DNA of 64,000 bases from a virus. The position numbers and the translations under genes are program-made. Positions 1 to 9,606 of the stretch are shown one piece after another. The stretch is from IMG/VR virus record IMGVR_UViG_3300033746_000013. One strand, 5' to 3'. The notes beneath the pieces are model-generated. The model searched no databases. It saw only the letters and a program-made list of their open reading frames with translations, and was not told the origin of the DNA. Each line of letters begins with the position of its first letter. Positions within the stretch are counted from its first letter, which is position 1.

Positions 1-209
1 TCATGTTTTTCTGATTTGGGTTGTTCATGATGCTCATCGCTAATAGGTTCTCGATTCATTAAATTAACCAATTTACCACTATGATTTTTTATAATTCTCA
101 AACGAGTAAGTTTATCATTTAATATTCCATGTGCAACCATTAATGTTGGTTTTTTCTCGATTTCGGGTTCTGGCGCATATGTATTGGATTTATTATTATA
201 TTCATTCAT
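1..209 (-). CDS. hypothetical protein, runs off the window edge (MNEYNNKSNTYAPEPEIEKK...)
   Basis: Read manually: ATG at 209 with an open frame to the window start; not in the ORF track. Confidence 0.6.
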   Translation of the reverse strand, partial: MNEYNNKSNTYAPEPEIEKKPTLMVAHGILNDKLTRLRIIKNHSGKLVNLMNREPISDEHHEQPKSEKH

Positions 210-237
210 ATCATAAAAATTTAAAATTAAAAATAAT

Positions 238-261
238 AAAGGTGTCAGATTCGACACCTTT
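238..261 (-). terminator. intrinsic terminator hairpin
   Basis: AAAGGTGTC-agattc-GACACCTTT just downstream of the 270..671 stop. Confidence 0.65.
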
Positions 262-269
262 AAAGAATT

Positions 270-671
270 CTACATATTAGAAAAATTCACTTTTTTAGAA
301 ATCAAATCATTAAAATTTGATGAAACAAATTTTTCCAGTTTATTTAGATATTTAACACAAAAGTTAAACAATTCTGTTTCAGAATATTTACCATCTAAAA
401 CACTTGTAATAGGGATAAACATTGTTGGTTTATCAGTATTACATCGGTTATATGCAATATCTCTACCCACTTCACGAGAGAAATTATCATCTGGACTACA
501 TAATGAAACACCAACTCTAATGTTTTCATTGTCATACATTAGACAAATAGTTCCTCTTTTTTTCTGTGGAATGTCATAAATACTTGTGAATTCCACATCA
601 TCCATTAACATGTCAACCATTTTACTTAGATCGACAACTCTAACATGCCTAAACATTACTTTTTTTTCCAT
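270..671 (-). CDS. conserved phage protein, Phage_gp49_66-like
   Basis: motif GVSLCSPDDNFSREVGRDIAYNR resembles the G.S.C...D.F....G..IA signature. Confidence 0.45.
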   Translation of the reverse strand: MEKKVMFRHVRVVDLSKMVDMLMDDVEFTSIYDIPQKKRGTICLMYDNENIRVGVSLCSPDDNFSREVGRDIAYNRCNTDKPTMFIPITSVLDGKYSETELFNFCVKYLNKLEKFVSSNFNDLISKKVNFSNM

Positions 672-694
672 ACTATTATTTATTTAAATTAATA

Positions 695-889
695 TTAAAA
701 TCCGTGTTCTTCAACATAAAATTCATCTGTCAATGTTTCCAAAATAGAATATGGTGTATCATTATCGATGAATAATGCTGCTTTATTAAAATCTATTGAT
801 ATAACTGGTTTATTATTCATAAAATATCCACAATAATAAAAAACTATATCATTCATATATGTTGTAACAACATAATAATTATTTTTCAT
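695..889 (-). CDS. hypothetical protein
   Basis: ORF in a minus-strand operon, overlapping the upstream stop. Confidence 0.55.
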   Translation of the reverse strand: MKNNYYVVTTYMNDIVFYYCGYFMNNKPVISIDFNKAALFIDNDTPYSILETLTDEFYVEEHGF

Positions 890-1718
890 TTAGATTCATT
901 TTTTTTGTTAATAATTCCTTATTAATTTTAATTAAAATCATGTTATTCTTTTTTATATAATCATAAACAATTTTTTTATCTGATTTTAATTCTTTATCTC
1001 TTTTCATGAAATATGAAATTTTATTTTCATCATCAATATTTTTCAATTCAGACTCAATAATTATTTTTTTTGCTTTATAAAATAATCTCTCGTCTTCATT
1101 TGGAATTTTATTAATTACTTTAGTTAAAAAATCGTTATCCATATATTTTACAATATTAGAAATAAAATAATTAGGATCAAATAATTTTATTGTGTTTTTA
1201 TAATATCTGTTTTCATTGAACGCATACCAATCTTTTTCTCTTTCCTCCCATTCTGAAGATGATACATTTTCATCTGGATCAGATTGATTTTGACAATACC
1301 AATCATCCAAATATTCTAATAAAATATTTCTATGTTCAGGTACTAAAATGTTTGGATATATCAAAAATTTCTTATTTAAAAATTCAATTGTTAAATTTAA
1401 ATGAAGGGTAAACATATTTTGATATTGAGATTTACTTAGAATTCTACCACTTTGTTTTAAAAATGATAAAACACTAATATTTGTTGTATCAATTTTTTTA
1501 ATTTTTTCTAATAAATCACTATCATTAATAGCATCAAACTCAATATTATCAACGATATTATCATTACCATCAAAATGATTTACAATATCAATCGACAAAT
1601 TATTAACCAATTTATTTATTGATGCTTCTTTAAAAGAATCAATTCTTTTTATTGTTTCTTCTTGAATATATTTAAATGACTTTTTTGTCATCATTCCGTC
1701 ATATGCAGTTAAACTCAT
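879..1718 (-). CDS. hypothetical protein
   Basis: 279-aa ORF downstream of a Bacteroidota-type promoter. Confidence 0.7.
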   Translation of the reverse strand: MSLTAYDGMMTKKSFKYIQEETIKRIDSFKEASINKLVNNLSIDIVNHFDGNDNIVDNIEFDAINDSDLLEKIKKIDTTNISVLSFLKQSGRILSKSQYQNMFTLHLNLTIEFLNKKFLIYPNILVPEHRNILLEYLDDWYCQNQSDPDENVSSSEWEEREKDWYAFNENRYYKNTIKLFDPNYFISNIVKYMDNDFLTKVINKIPNEDERLFYKAKKIIIESELKNIDDENKISYFMKRDKELKSDKKIVYDYIKKNNMILIKINKELLTKKMNLNEK

Positions 1719-1742
1719 ATATAGCGTTTTATTTGTTCAATG

Positions 1743-1774
1743 CAAATATATGAGTTTTAAATAGAATATGCAAA
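1743..1774 (-). promoter_or_regulatory. Bacteroidota sigma-A-type promoter
   Basis: minus strand TTTG (1771-1774), 20 nt spacer, TATATTTG (1743-1750), upstream of 1718. Confidence 0.7.
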
Positions 1775-1791
1775 TAAAAATAAAGAAATAA

Positions 1792-3138
1792 TTAATTTTT
1801 ATTGAAATGTTTTTCTAATTGTGGTTGTTTGTCTAGTAAATATTTAACTTTATTTTCACCAATTTTATATAAATAATCCTTTAAATATTCAATTGTTTCA
1901 GGTACTTGTATTAAAATATTAACCAATTCAATTTCATTTAGTTCATTTAAATAATTTTTTAAATGTTTAATCGTTTTAGGATTAGATCTTATTATTTTAG
2001 CAATATTATAACCATTTAAATATTTTAACATTTTATCAAAATAACTAATTAGTTCAGGATGTTCAATAATAATATTAACTATAGAATCATATTCCATTTT
2101 ATGAATTTTATATTTGAAATATTTTATAGACTCAGGATGTTTATTTATTATTTTTGCAATTTGACTACTTCTTAAAAAATCTAAATCCCCATCCAAATAT
2201 TTTATAAAATCTGGTTCATTCAATAATATTTCAAAAGCATCTTGTGATTGACTTAAAAAATGTTTAATTAATTTCGGATTATTTAAAAAAACATCTCTTT
2301 TTAATACATCAATTAATTTATTTATATCATCAAAATAATATATATGTGAAACTTTGTTTTGATTAATTAATTTTATTATTTCATTATCACTTAGTTTAGT
2401 AATATCAAATTTGGTATCACCATAACCCTCATTTTTCAAAATAAACTCATCTTTAAAAAGATTACTTCTGAAAAATACTGTTTGACATCTCTCTGATGGA
2501 TGTATCCAACCAGAACAATCATCATCATCGAATCCATCAATACCCAATTCCCTACATAGTTTTGAAAACCCATCTTTTATTTTCGATTTATTATCATATA
2601 AATATGCTAACACATCATATATAAACATCCAAAATTTATGTGTATTATGTTTTGATTCAGAATAATAAGATTCATATTCATTATTCAACCATCTTTCACA
2701 CAAATTATTAACCTCATTATTATCCTTATATTTTTGCTGTATCTGTTTTACATATCCATCTAATACAGATTCATCTGTGTAACTATCCAATACATTAACA
2801 TCATCTTTAAGAATATAAAAATATATACGATCTCTATCAGATCCAAATGGAAATTTTTTTGTGAAATTTTCAATATTATATACCGGAGTATGAATATATT
2901 CAGAAAGCTTATAAGTATATAACCCTGTAGGAGTATTAAATTTATTATTTGGGTTTATTTTTGTAACATGTTCTTCATCTCTAAAAGAAACATATGTATT
3001 ATCAAAACCATATTCATCATAAATATGGTCTAATAATTCGCCAATATTCTCATCTTTTGTTACAACACCTTCAACACTTCTTTTTTCGTAAATAATATTA
3101 TTAAACTCTTCTTTGATTAATCTTACAATAGTTTTCAT
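1792..3138 (-). CDS. putative virion-packaged protein: LIKEE N-terminus, possible ADP-ribosyltransferase-like domain, C-terminal 26-aa helical repeats
   Basis: MKTIVRLIKEE; TPTGLYTY...LGIDGF...E..Q.VFF; five copies of L..L....I..II...P..I..(F/L); late motif at 3156-3164. Confidence 0.5.
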   Translation of the reverse strand: MKTIVRLIKEEFNNIIYEKRSVEGVVTKDENIGELLDHIYDEYGFDNTYVSFRDEEHVTKINPNNKFNTPTGLYTYKLSEYIHTPVYNIENFTKKFPFGSDRDRIYFYILKDDVNVLDSYTDESVLDGYVKQIQQKYKDNNEVNNLCERWLNNEYESYYSESKHNTHKFWMFIYDVLAYLYDNKSKIKDGFSKLCRELGIDGFDDDDCSGWIHPSERCQTVFFRSNLFKDEFILKNEGYGDTKFDITKLSDNEIIKLINQNKVSHIYYFDDINKLIDVLKRDVFLNNPKLIKHFLSQSQDAFEILLNEPDFIKYLDGDLDFLRSSQIAKIINKHPESIKYFKYKIHKMEYDSIVNIIIEHPELISYFDKMLKYLNGYNIAKIIRSNPKTIKHLKNYLNELNEIELVNILIQVPETIEYLKDYLYKIGENKVKYLLDKQPQLEKHFNKN

Positions 3139-3230
3139 TAAACATTAAAATTTTATATAAATAGATTTAAACCTCAAAAATAATTCTATTTTTAATGAAA
3201 ACAAACTATTTATATAAAAATACAAATATA

Positions 3231-4610
3231 ATGGCAAAAAAAGAATCTACTTATTACAATAGACAAATACAAAAAGCAGGATCTTTCGTAAAAAGACCTA
3301 ATGAGATAATTAAAAGACCTTATGGTGATGGTGATATGAAGTTAACATTTAAATCACCTGATTTTTATGATCGTGATTTAGTGGTTACTGATAAAGCTTT
3401 ACTATCCCAAGCACAAAAACAATCAATTACAAAAGAAATTGATGTTACTACTTCAGCAACTACATTAGATTTATCTAATACTGATACAATAGTGCTGAAT
3501 GTTACCACTGAATCTACAATTACTGAAATATCTAATTTTGATAATGGTAAAACATATAAAATCTTTGTTGTTCAAGATGAAATTGGTGGTTATTCATTAA
3601 ATATTGATGATTCTTTAGATTATTTAACAGTTTTTGGTGATTTATCTGTCGATACAAGTGCAAATTCTGTGACTATTTTAGAATTTGTTTGTAGTAATGA
3701 TAAAGTTTATGTGGAAAGTGATGGTCAATATAACAAAATAATCCAAATACCAACTGAATCATTAACATTCACAATAGATACAACATTAGGTTCTAATGCT
3801 GGGTCATCATATAAATTACAAACAAAACCTGATTACGAATCAATAACAAAAGGTGAACAATATACATTTAATTATGATTTTATTGTTGATTGGGGTGATG
3901 GAACAAGTGACCATATAACTTCTGCAGAACAACCTGAAAATAATCATATTTATTCAACTAATGGTCAATATACAATTACAATTACTGGTCTTTGTGAAGC
4001 TTTTGGATTTAGTTATTTTGATGTGAAGGATGTTGAAAATGGATTTATATCACCAGAAAATTTAATAAATTATATATCATCAATGGATTATGAAAAAATA
4101 ACCATAGTTGATAACTTAGGAAATATTGGTTTGAAAGATGCTTCTTTTATGTTTGGGGGTATGATGGGGTCAACGAACATAACTTCAGTATATACATCTA
4201 ATTGGGATGTTTCTAATGTGACTGATATGAGTGGTATGTTTAGTAATTGTTCATCATTAACAACCATAAATGTTTCTAATTGGGATGTTTCTAATGTGAC
4301 GGATATGTTTGGTATGTTTGGTGATTGTTCATCCTTAACAACTATAGATGTTAGTAATTGGGATGTTTCTAATGTGAGCAATATGAGTAATATGTTTAGA
4401 GATGTACCATTAGACACCCCATCATATGATGGATTATTAATAGGTTGGAGTTCATTAAGTCCTAATTTAAACGACAATTTATCATTGAATGCAAACTTAG
4501 CTCAATACACACCGGGTGGTGCTGCTGAAGCTGGTAGGACATTATTAACTGATCCGGTTATCGATGGTGGTCATGCATGGAGTATAACAGATGCTGGCCC
4601 AACAGCATAA
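3231..4610 (+). CDS. LRR adhesin-like/fibre protein A1 (N-terminal anchor + PKD-like + BspA/DUF285 LRR)
   Basis: QDEIGG domain, VDWGDG, 26-aa NWDVSNVTDMSGMF repeats; start moved to ATG 3231 (MAKKES) by homology with 18858 and motif at 3205-3214. Confidence 0.8.
   Translation: MAKKESTYYNRQIQKAGSFVKRPNEIIKRPYGDGDMKLTFKSPDFYDRDLVVTDKALLSQAQKQSITKEIDVTTSATTLDLSNTDTIVLNVTTESTITEISNFDNGKTYKIFVVQDEIGGYSLNIDDSLDYLTVFGDLSVDTSANSVTILEFVCSNDKVYVESDGQYNKIIQIPTESLTFTIDTTLGSNAGSSYKLQTKPDYESITKGEQYTFNYDFIVDWGDGTSDHITSAEQPENNHIYSTNGQYTITITGLCEAFGFSYFDVKDVENGFISPENLINYISSMDYEKITIVDNLGNIGLKDASFMFGGMMGSTNITSVYTSNWDVSNVTDMSGMFSNCSSLTTINVSNWDVSNVTDMFGMFGDCSSLTTIDVSNWDVSNVSNMSNMFRDVPLDTPSYDGLLIGWSSLSPNLNDNLSLNANLAQYTPGGAAEAGRTLLTDPVIDGGHAWSITDAGPTA
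4195..4400 (+). repeat. 78-bp (26-aa) DUF285/BspA tandem repeats in A1
   Basis: recurring AATTGGGATGTTTCTAATGTGA at 78-bp spacing. Confidence 0.85.
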
Positions 4611-4644
4611 TAAAATAAATAATTTAATAAATAAAACATATACA

Positions 4645-6233
4645 ATGAATAAAGAAAGTATAGGATATAGTAGAGCACAAAGAAGATTAGGAGATAAAGC
4701 ACAAAGACCATTTAATAGTTATAAGTCTGGTGATAATAATTCCACTTCTTTAAATATTAAATCTAAGTCAATAGATTTAGAAAAAATAACCATGTCTAAA
4801 GAAGGATTAAATTTTAGTAATTCTTTTAGAAGTAATGTTAATGATATAGTATTTGATGAATATCTTGTATTAGATTTATCCAAATCAAATATTCATAATA
4901 TTACATTAACAAATAATTTATTTATTCCAGAAATAAAAAATTATTCAGAAGGGATTACTTATTATTTAATAATTAATCAAGATTCAACTGGTGGACACCA
5001 AATTGCATGGGGTGATAATATTAATATTAAATTTGATGATGGTGTAATCGATGATGCTGCTGATTCAGAAACAATGATTAAGATTACACCTCTTAATGGT
5101 GTTTTATATGCTGAAGTTGTTTCTAATTATTCAAATTTACCAACAGGCTCATTAACATTCACAATAGATACAACATTGGGAAGCAATGCTGGGCCATCAT
5201 ATAAATTACAAACTAAACCTGATTATGAATCCATTACTAAAGGTGAACAATATACATTTAATTATGATTTCATTGTTGATTGGGGTGATGGAACAAGTGA
5301 CCATATAACCTCTGCTGAACAACCTGAAAATAATCATATTTATTCAACTGATGGTCAATATATAATTACAATTACTGGTCTTTGTGAAGCTTTTGGGTTT
5401 ATTGCTAATGATTTAATGGATTTTGAAAATGGATATGTTAAGGAACCAACAATAACATCAATGGATTTTGAAAAAATAATAACTGTTGGAAATCTTGGAA
5501 ATATTGGACTAAAAGATGCATCAGTTATGTTTGGAAGTATCATGGGAACCCCAATGAATATAACGTCAGTAGATGCAACAAATTGGGATGTTTTTAATGT
5601 GACTGATATGAGTGGTATGTTTGTAGGATGTTCATCATTAACAAGTATAGATGTTTCTAATTGGGATGTTTCTAATGTGACTTATATAGACAATATGTTT
5701 GTGAATTGCACATCATTAACAACAATAGATGTTCATCATTAACAACAATAGATACAACAAATTGGGATGTTTCTAATGTGACTGATATGAGTTATATGTT
5801 TGAAAATTGTACATCATTAACAAGTATAGATGTTTCTAATTGGGATGTTTCTAATGTGACTTATATGAGTGGTATGTTTGGTAGATGTACATCATTAACA
5901 AGTATAGATGTTTCAAATTGGGATGTTTTTAATGTGACTTATATGAGTGGTATGTTTGGTAGATGTACATCATTAACAAGTATAGATGTTTCTAATTGGG
6001 ATGTTTCTAATGTGACTTATATAGACAATATGTTTGTGAATTGCACATCATTAACAACAATAGATGGTTGGAGTTCATTAAGTCCAAATCTTCAAGATAA
6101 TGTTGATTTTGGAGCAAATTTAGCAAAATACACACCCGGTGGTGCTGCTGAAGCAGGGAGAACCTTATTAACTGATGCTGTTGTTGATGGAGGACATGCT
6201 TGGAGTATAACAGATGCTGGCCCAACAGCATAA
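4645..6233 (+). pseudogene. LRR adhesin-like protein A2, frameshifted at about 5731 (ORFs 4591..5742 and 5706..6233 are one gene)
   Basis: MNKES start at 4645; DUF285 repeats continue in another frame after a 23-bp-period duplication at 5711-5753; shares its C-terminal cap with A1. Confidence 0.75.
5580..6066 (+). repeat. 78-bp (26-aa) DUF285/BspA tandem repeats in A2
   Basis: CTSLTSIDVSNWDVSNVTYMSGMFGR-type units; 5633-5731 is identical to 5968-6066. Confidence 0.85.
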
Positions 6234-6271
6234 TAAAATAAATAATATTTATAAAAAAACAATAATATACA

Positions 6272-8116
6272 ATGATAGGAGATACAAGTAAAGCAACAAC
6301 AAGGGAGAAAAGAAGAATTGGTAAGGTTATAAACCGACCAATTGAAATGCTTCCATATGAAAAGAATGGTGATAGTGCCATTGTTTTCAAAGCAGATAAT
6401 TATAATGATAGAGAATTATTAGTTAAAGAATTGGAATATGTTGATGACAAAGCATTTGGTTATATTATAACAGAATTAGAATATACTCCAACAATGACTA
6501 TTGATTTTGCAGATTCAGCATATAATAAAATTAAATTAACTGGTGATCTAAATATTGATAATATTTTAAATCAATCCACTGGTTCTGATTATATGTTAAT
6601 CTTGGAACAAGATGAAGTAGGTGGTCATTCTATCTCTATTAATGATGAAAATATTCAATTATATCTTAAAGGTATTACAATGTTATCTGAATTAGATACA
6701 TCACCAAATTCTTTAACTTATATTAAACTAACTTCCGTTAAAGGAAGATTATATGGTGAAGTATTGGATTATTCAACATATACAACAAAAGAAAATCAAT
6801 CATATTTTTCATTTGATGTTGAAATAGCTTCATCTGGAGATACATTCACTTTACCAATTAACACAGTTGATGATGCTGATCAATATGTGCAATCTTTTAC
6901 TGCTGATTGGGGTGATGATTCAACAACTGATATAACAAGTTATGATGATACTGGTGCAACACACACTTATGCAGCACCGGGCACATATACAATCACCATG
7001 ACTGGTAAATCTGAGTTGTTTGCTGTTCAAAATGTTGGGGATAAAGCTAAGATTGTAAAACTTAATACATTCTTTGGTGATATTGGATTTAAAAAATTAA
7101 ATTTTTATGGTTGTACTAATTTAACTGGTAATATACCAACGAGTTTTAAGAATCTTAGGAATTTGGTTGATTGTTATGGTTTGTTTCGTGATTGCTCTTC
7201 ATTAACAGGTGAAATACCAGAAGATATGTTTTGGAATTCCCCCAATATTCTAAATTTTGCACATTGTTTTCGTGACACAAATAGTATTATTTGTGAAATA
7301 CCAGAAAAATTATTTTGGAATAATCCTAAAGTTACTGATTTTTTTGGTGTTTTTACAGGATTCAATAACCCGAATAAATTTTATGGTGGTATACCAGAAA
7401 AACTATTTTGGAATAATCCTAAAGTTTTAAATTTTGGGACAGCTTTCCAATATAATCCCAATTTAACAGGGAGTATACCTGAGAAATTATTCTGGTATAA
7501 TCCTGAAGTTACTAATTTTTATTATTTGTTTTGGGGTTGTTCAGGAATTTCAGGTCAAATACCAGAGAAATTATTCTGGTATAATCCTGAAGTTACTAAT
7601 TTTGGTAGTGTTTTTAATCAAACAGAAATTTCAGGTCAAATACCAGAAAAACTATTTTGGAATAATCCTAAAGTTACCAATTTTGAAAGAATATTTTATA
7701 GATGTATATCATTAACAAGCGAAATACCAGAAAAATTATTTTGGAATAATCCTGAAGTCTCCAATTTTAGTTTTGTGTTTTATGAATCTGGTGTGTCAGG
7801 TGAAATACCTGAAAAATTATTTTGGAATAATCCTGAAGTCTCCAATTTTAGTTTTGTGTTTGGTACTTTTAAAGGGTGGCCTAATAATATTATTAATGAT
7901 ATACCTAAAAATATTTTTATAAATAATCATAAAGTTGTAAATTTTGAAAATTCATTTTTATATAGAAATAATATAACTGGAGATGGATGGAGAGACATCA
8001 TAGAATACACAACACAATATGCAGAAGATAATAATATAACATTACAAACAGATGGTTGTTTTCAAGATTGTACATCCTTAACAGATTATAATGAAATTCC
8101 AAATACATGGAAATAA
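6272..8116 (+). CDS. LRR adhesin-like protein A3 (anchor + PKD-like + IPEKLFW LRRs)
   Basis: QDEVGGHS, ADWGDD, seven IPEKLFW(N/Y)NP repeats, C-terminal cap CTSLTDYNEIP..W. Confidence 0.8.
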   Translation: MIGDTSKATTREKRRIGKVINRPIEMLPYEKNGDSAIVFKADNYNDRELLVKELEYVDDKAFGYIITELEYTPTMTIDFADSAYNKIKLTGDLNIDNILNQSTGSDYMLILEQDEVGGHSISINDENIQLYLKGITMLSELDTSPNSLTYIKLTSVKGRLYGEVLDYSTYTTKENQSYFSFDVEIASSGDTFTLPINTVDDADQYVQSFTADWGDDSTTDITSYDDTGATHTYAAPGTYTITMTGKSELFAVQNVGDKAKIVKLNTFFGDIGFKKLNFYGCTNLTGNIPTSFKNLRNLVDCYGLFRDCSSLTGEIPEDMFWNSPNILNFAHCFRDTNSIICEIPEKLFWNNPKVTDFFGVFTGFNNPNKFYGGIPEKLFWNNPKVLNFGTAFQYNPNLTGSIPEKLFWYNPEVTNFYYLFWGCSGISGQIPEKLFWYNPEVTNFGSVFNQTEISGQIPEKLFWNNPKVTNFERIFYRCISLTSEIPEKLFWNNPEVSNFSFVFYESGVSGEIPEKLFWNNPEVSNFSFVFGTFKGWPNNIINDIPKNIFINNHKVVNFENSFLYRNNITGDGWRDIIEYTTQYAEDNNITLQTDGCFQDCTSLTDYNEIPNTWK

Positions 8117-8135
8117 TATTAAATAATTAGAAACT

Positions 8136-8172
8136 AAAAGAGGGATAATTTATTAATTATCTCTCTTTTTTT
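8136..8172. terminator. bidirectional intrinsic terminator
   Basis: AAAAGAGGGATAATT-tatt-AATTATCTCTCTTTT between convergent genes. Confidence 0.7.
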
Positions 8173-8174
8173 AT

Positions 8175-8618
8175 TTACAAATTATTTTTGTCTAATGCTA
8201 AATTATTTAAAATTAAATTATAAATATCATAATGTTTAGATAATAAATATTCTACATCACTATATAATACTTGATCAACCATACCATTTTCAGATAAATT
8301 TACAAATTCTTCAATTTCTAAATTGTTTTCAATAAAATGTAATGAATATGGAGTAATATTATCTAAGTCTTCTTTATTTGTTAATAACTCAGATAATGGT
8401 TTTAATATAGGTTTAATTTTATTTAGTTTAAACCCTAACCCTGTTAGATTTTCTCTATTTAAGTATATTTTATTATATTCATCTGAATTATGAATCCATA
8501 ATTTAAAGTCACCAAATTTATTTATTTGGTTAATTCTAAATATTTCATCATATTCTTCTGAATATATGAATAATCCATGATTAAAATATGGAGTAATATG
8601 TTTTAATTCTAAATTCAT
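8175..8618 (-). CDS. hypothetical phage protein
   Basis: 147-aa ORF at the end of a minus-strand operon. Confidence 0.65.
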   Translation of the reverse strand: MNLELKHITPYFNHGLFIYSEEYDEIFRINQINKFGDFKLWIHNSDEYNKIYLNRENLTGLGFKLNKIKPILKPLSELLTNKEDLDNITPYSLHFIENNLEIEEFVNLSENGMVDQVLYSDVEYLLSKHYDIYNLILNNLALDKNNL

Positions 8619-8622
8619 ATAA

Positions 8623-9601
8623 TTATCTTTTTATAATTGAAAAATCTCTGCATCCTTCAAAATAATTATCATTTTTATCTATATAAGGATCACCATCGTT
8701 ATCTATATAAACTTCAGCTTGATAATCACCTGAACAAAATGGTGGCATCTCAAATTCAATAATATCTCCTTCGTTTAATTTTTGGTCAGTTTCAATATAA
8801 AACCTATTATTTTTATCTATCTTACTCATATATATTTTTATTTAAAAATAAACTTAATTACATCATCAAAAGAATCAAATCTAAGATAATACCCATCATT
8901 TTTTATTTTATTGTTTACCCATATCATACCACGTTTTTCATATAAAAGAATATCATAGTATATATGTTCTAATGTTTTAATTTTAAAAATCTTATATTTT
9001 GTTTTATAAAATTTTATTTCTGCATATTTTGTTCGTGTCATATTATTATATTTTTATTTATCAAATATTGATAATTGCTTTATTTTATTGTTATTTTCCA
9101 AATAATCCTCCACTTCTTTGATATAGGATAACTTATATAATAAGTTAATATCTACTTCATTATTAAATTTATATTTTAATTCTGATAAATGTGTATCTGA
9201 TAGAAACACTTCTTCAGAATATTTTTTAAATAAAAAATCACATCTTTCATTTATCTCTTCTTTAACTCTACGAATATTATTCAATTGATCGCCCAACTCT
9301 TTTTTTAAGTCATTATATTTTTTTCTTTTCATTATATTTTATTTTTATTTAAATACTCATAAATAACCATATTATCATTTAATAGTCTAATATTTGTTTT
9401 ATATTTTATAATTTTTATATTTTCTATATGACAAACATTACAAATTCTATATCCATGAATAATATATTCATCTTTATTTGTACCGTTTAAGATCCTTGGG
9501 GTGTATCCAATAACCCTATAATTATAAGGTTTATTATATGTGTGAATATTAAATATAATACACATAAATTTAAACCAAAGTTCTTTAATTTTTTTAAACA
9601 T
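8623..9601 (-). CDS. four small hypothetical proteins (8623..8829, 8838..9041, 9054..9332, 9332..9601)
   Basis: tightly packed co-oriented ORFs. Confidence 0.55.
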
Positions 9602-9606
9602 AATAA

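Noticed and set aside
7270..7860. CRISPR-like array (constant about 45 bp + variable about 33 bp)
   Set aside because: Units are in-frame LRR codons within a long ORF, repeats vary at synonymous sites, and no cas genes or leader are visible
3759..8129. Diversity-generating retroelement (TR/VR pairs) among the repeated LRR gene segments
   Set aside because: Differences between copies are mostly synonymous and not adenine-specific, A-rich framework positions are conserved, all copies are coding, and no reverse transcriptase is in the window
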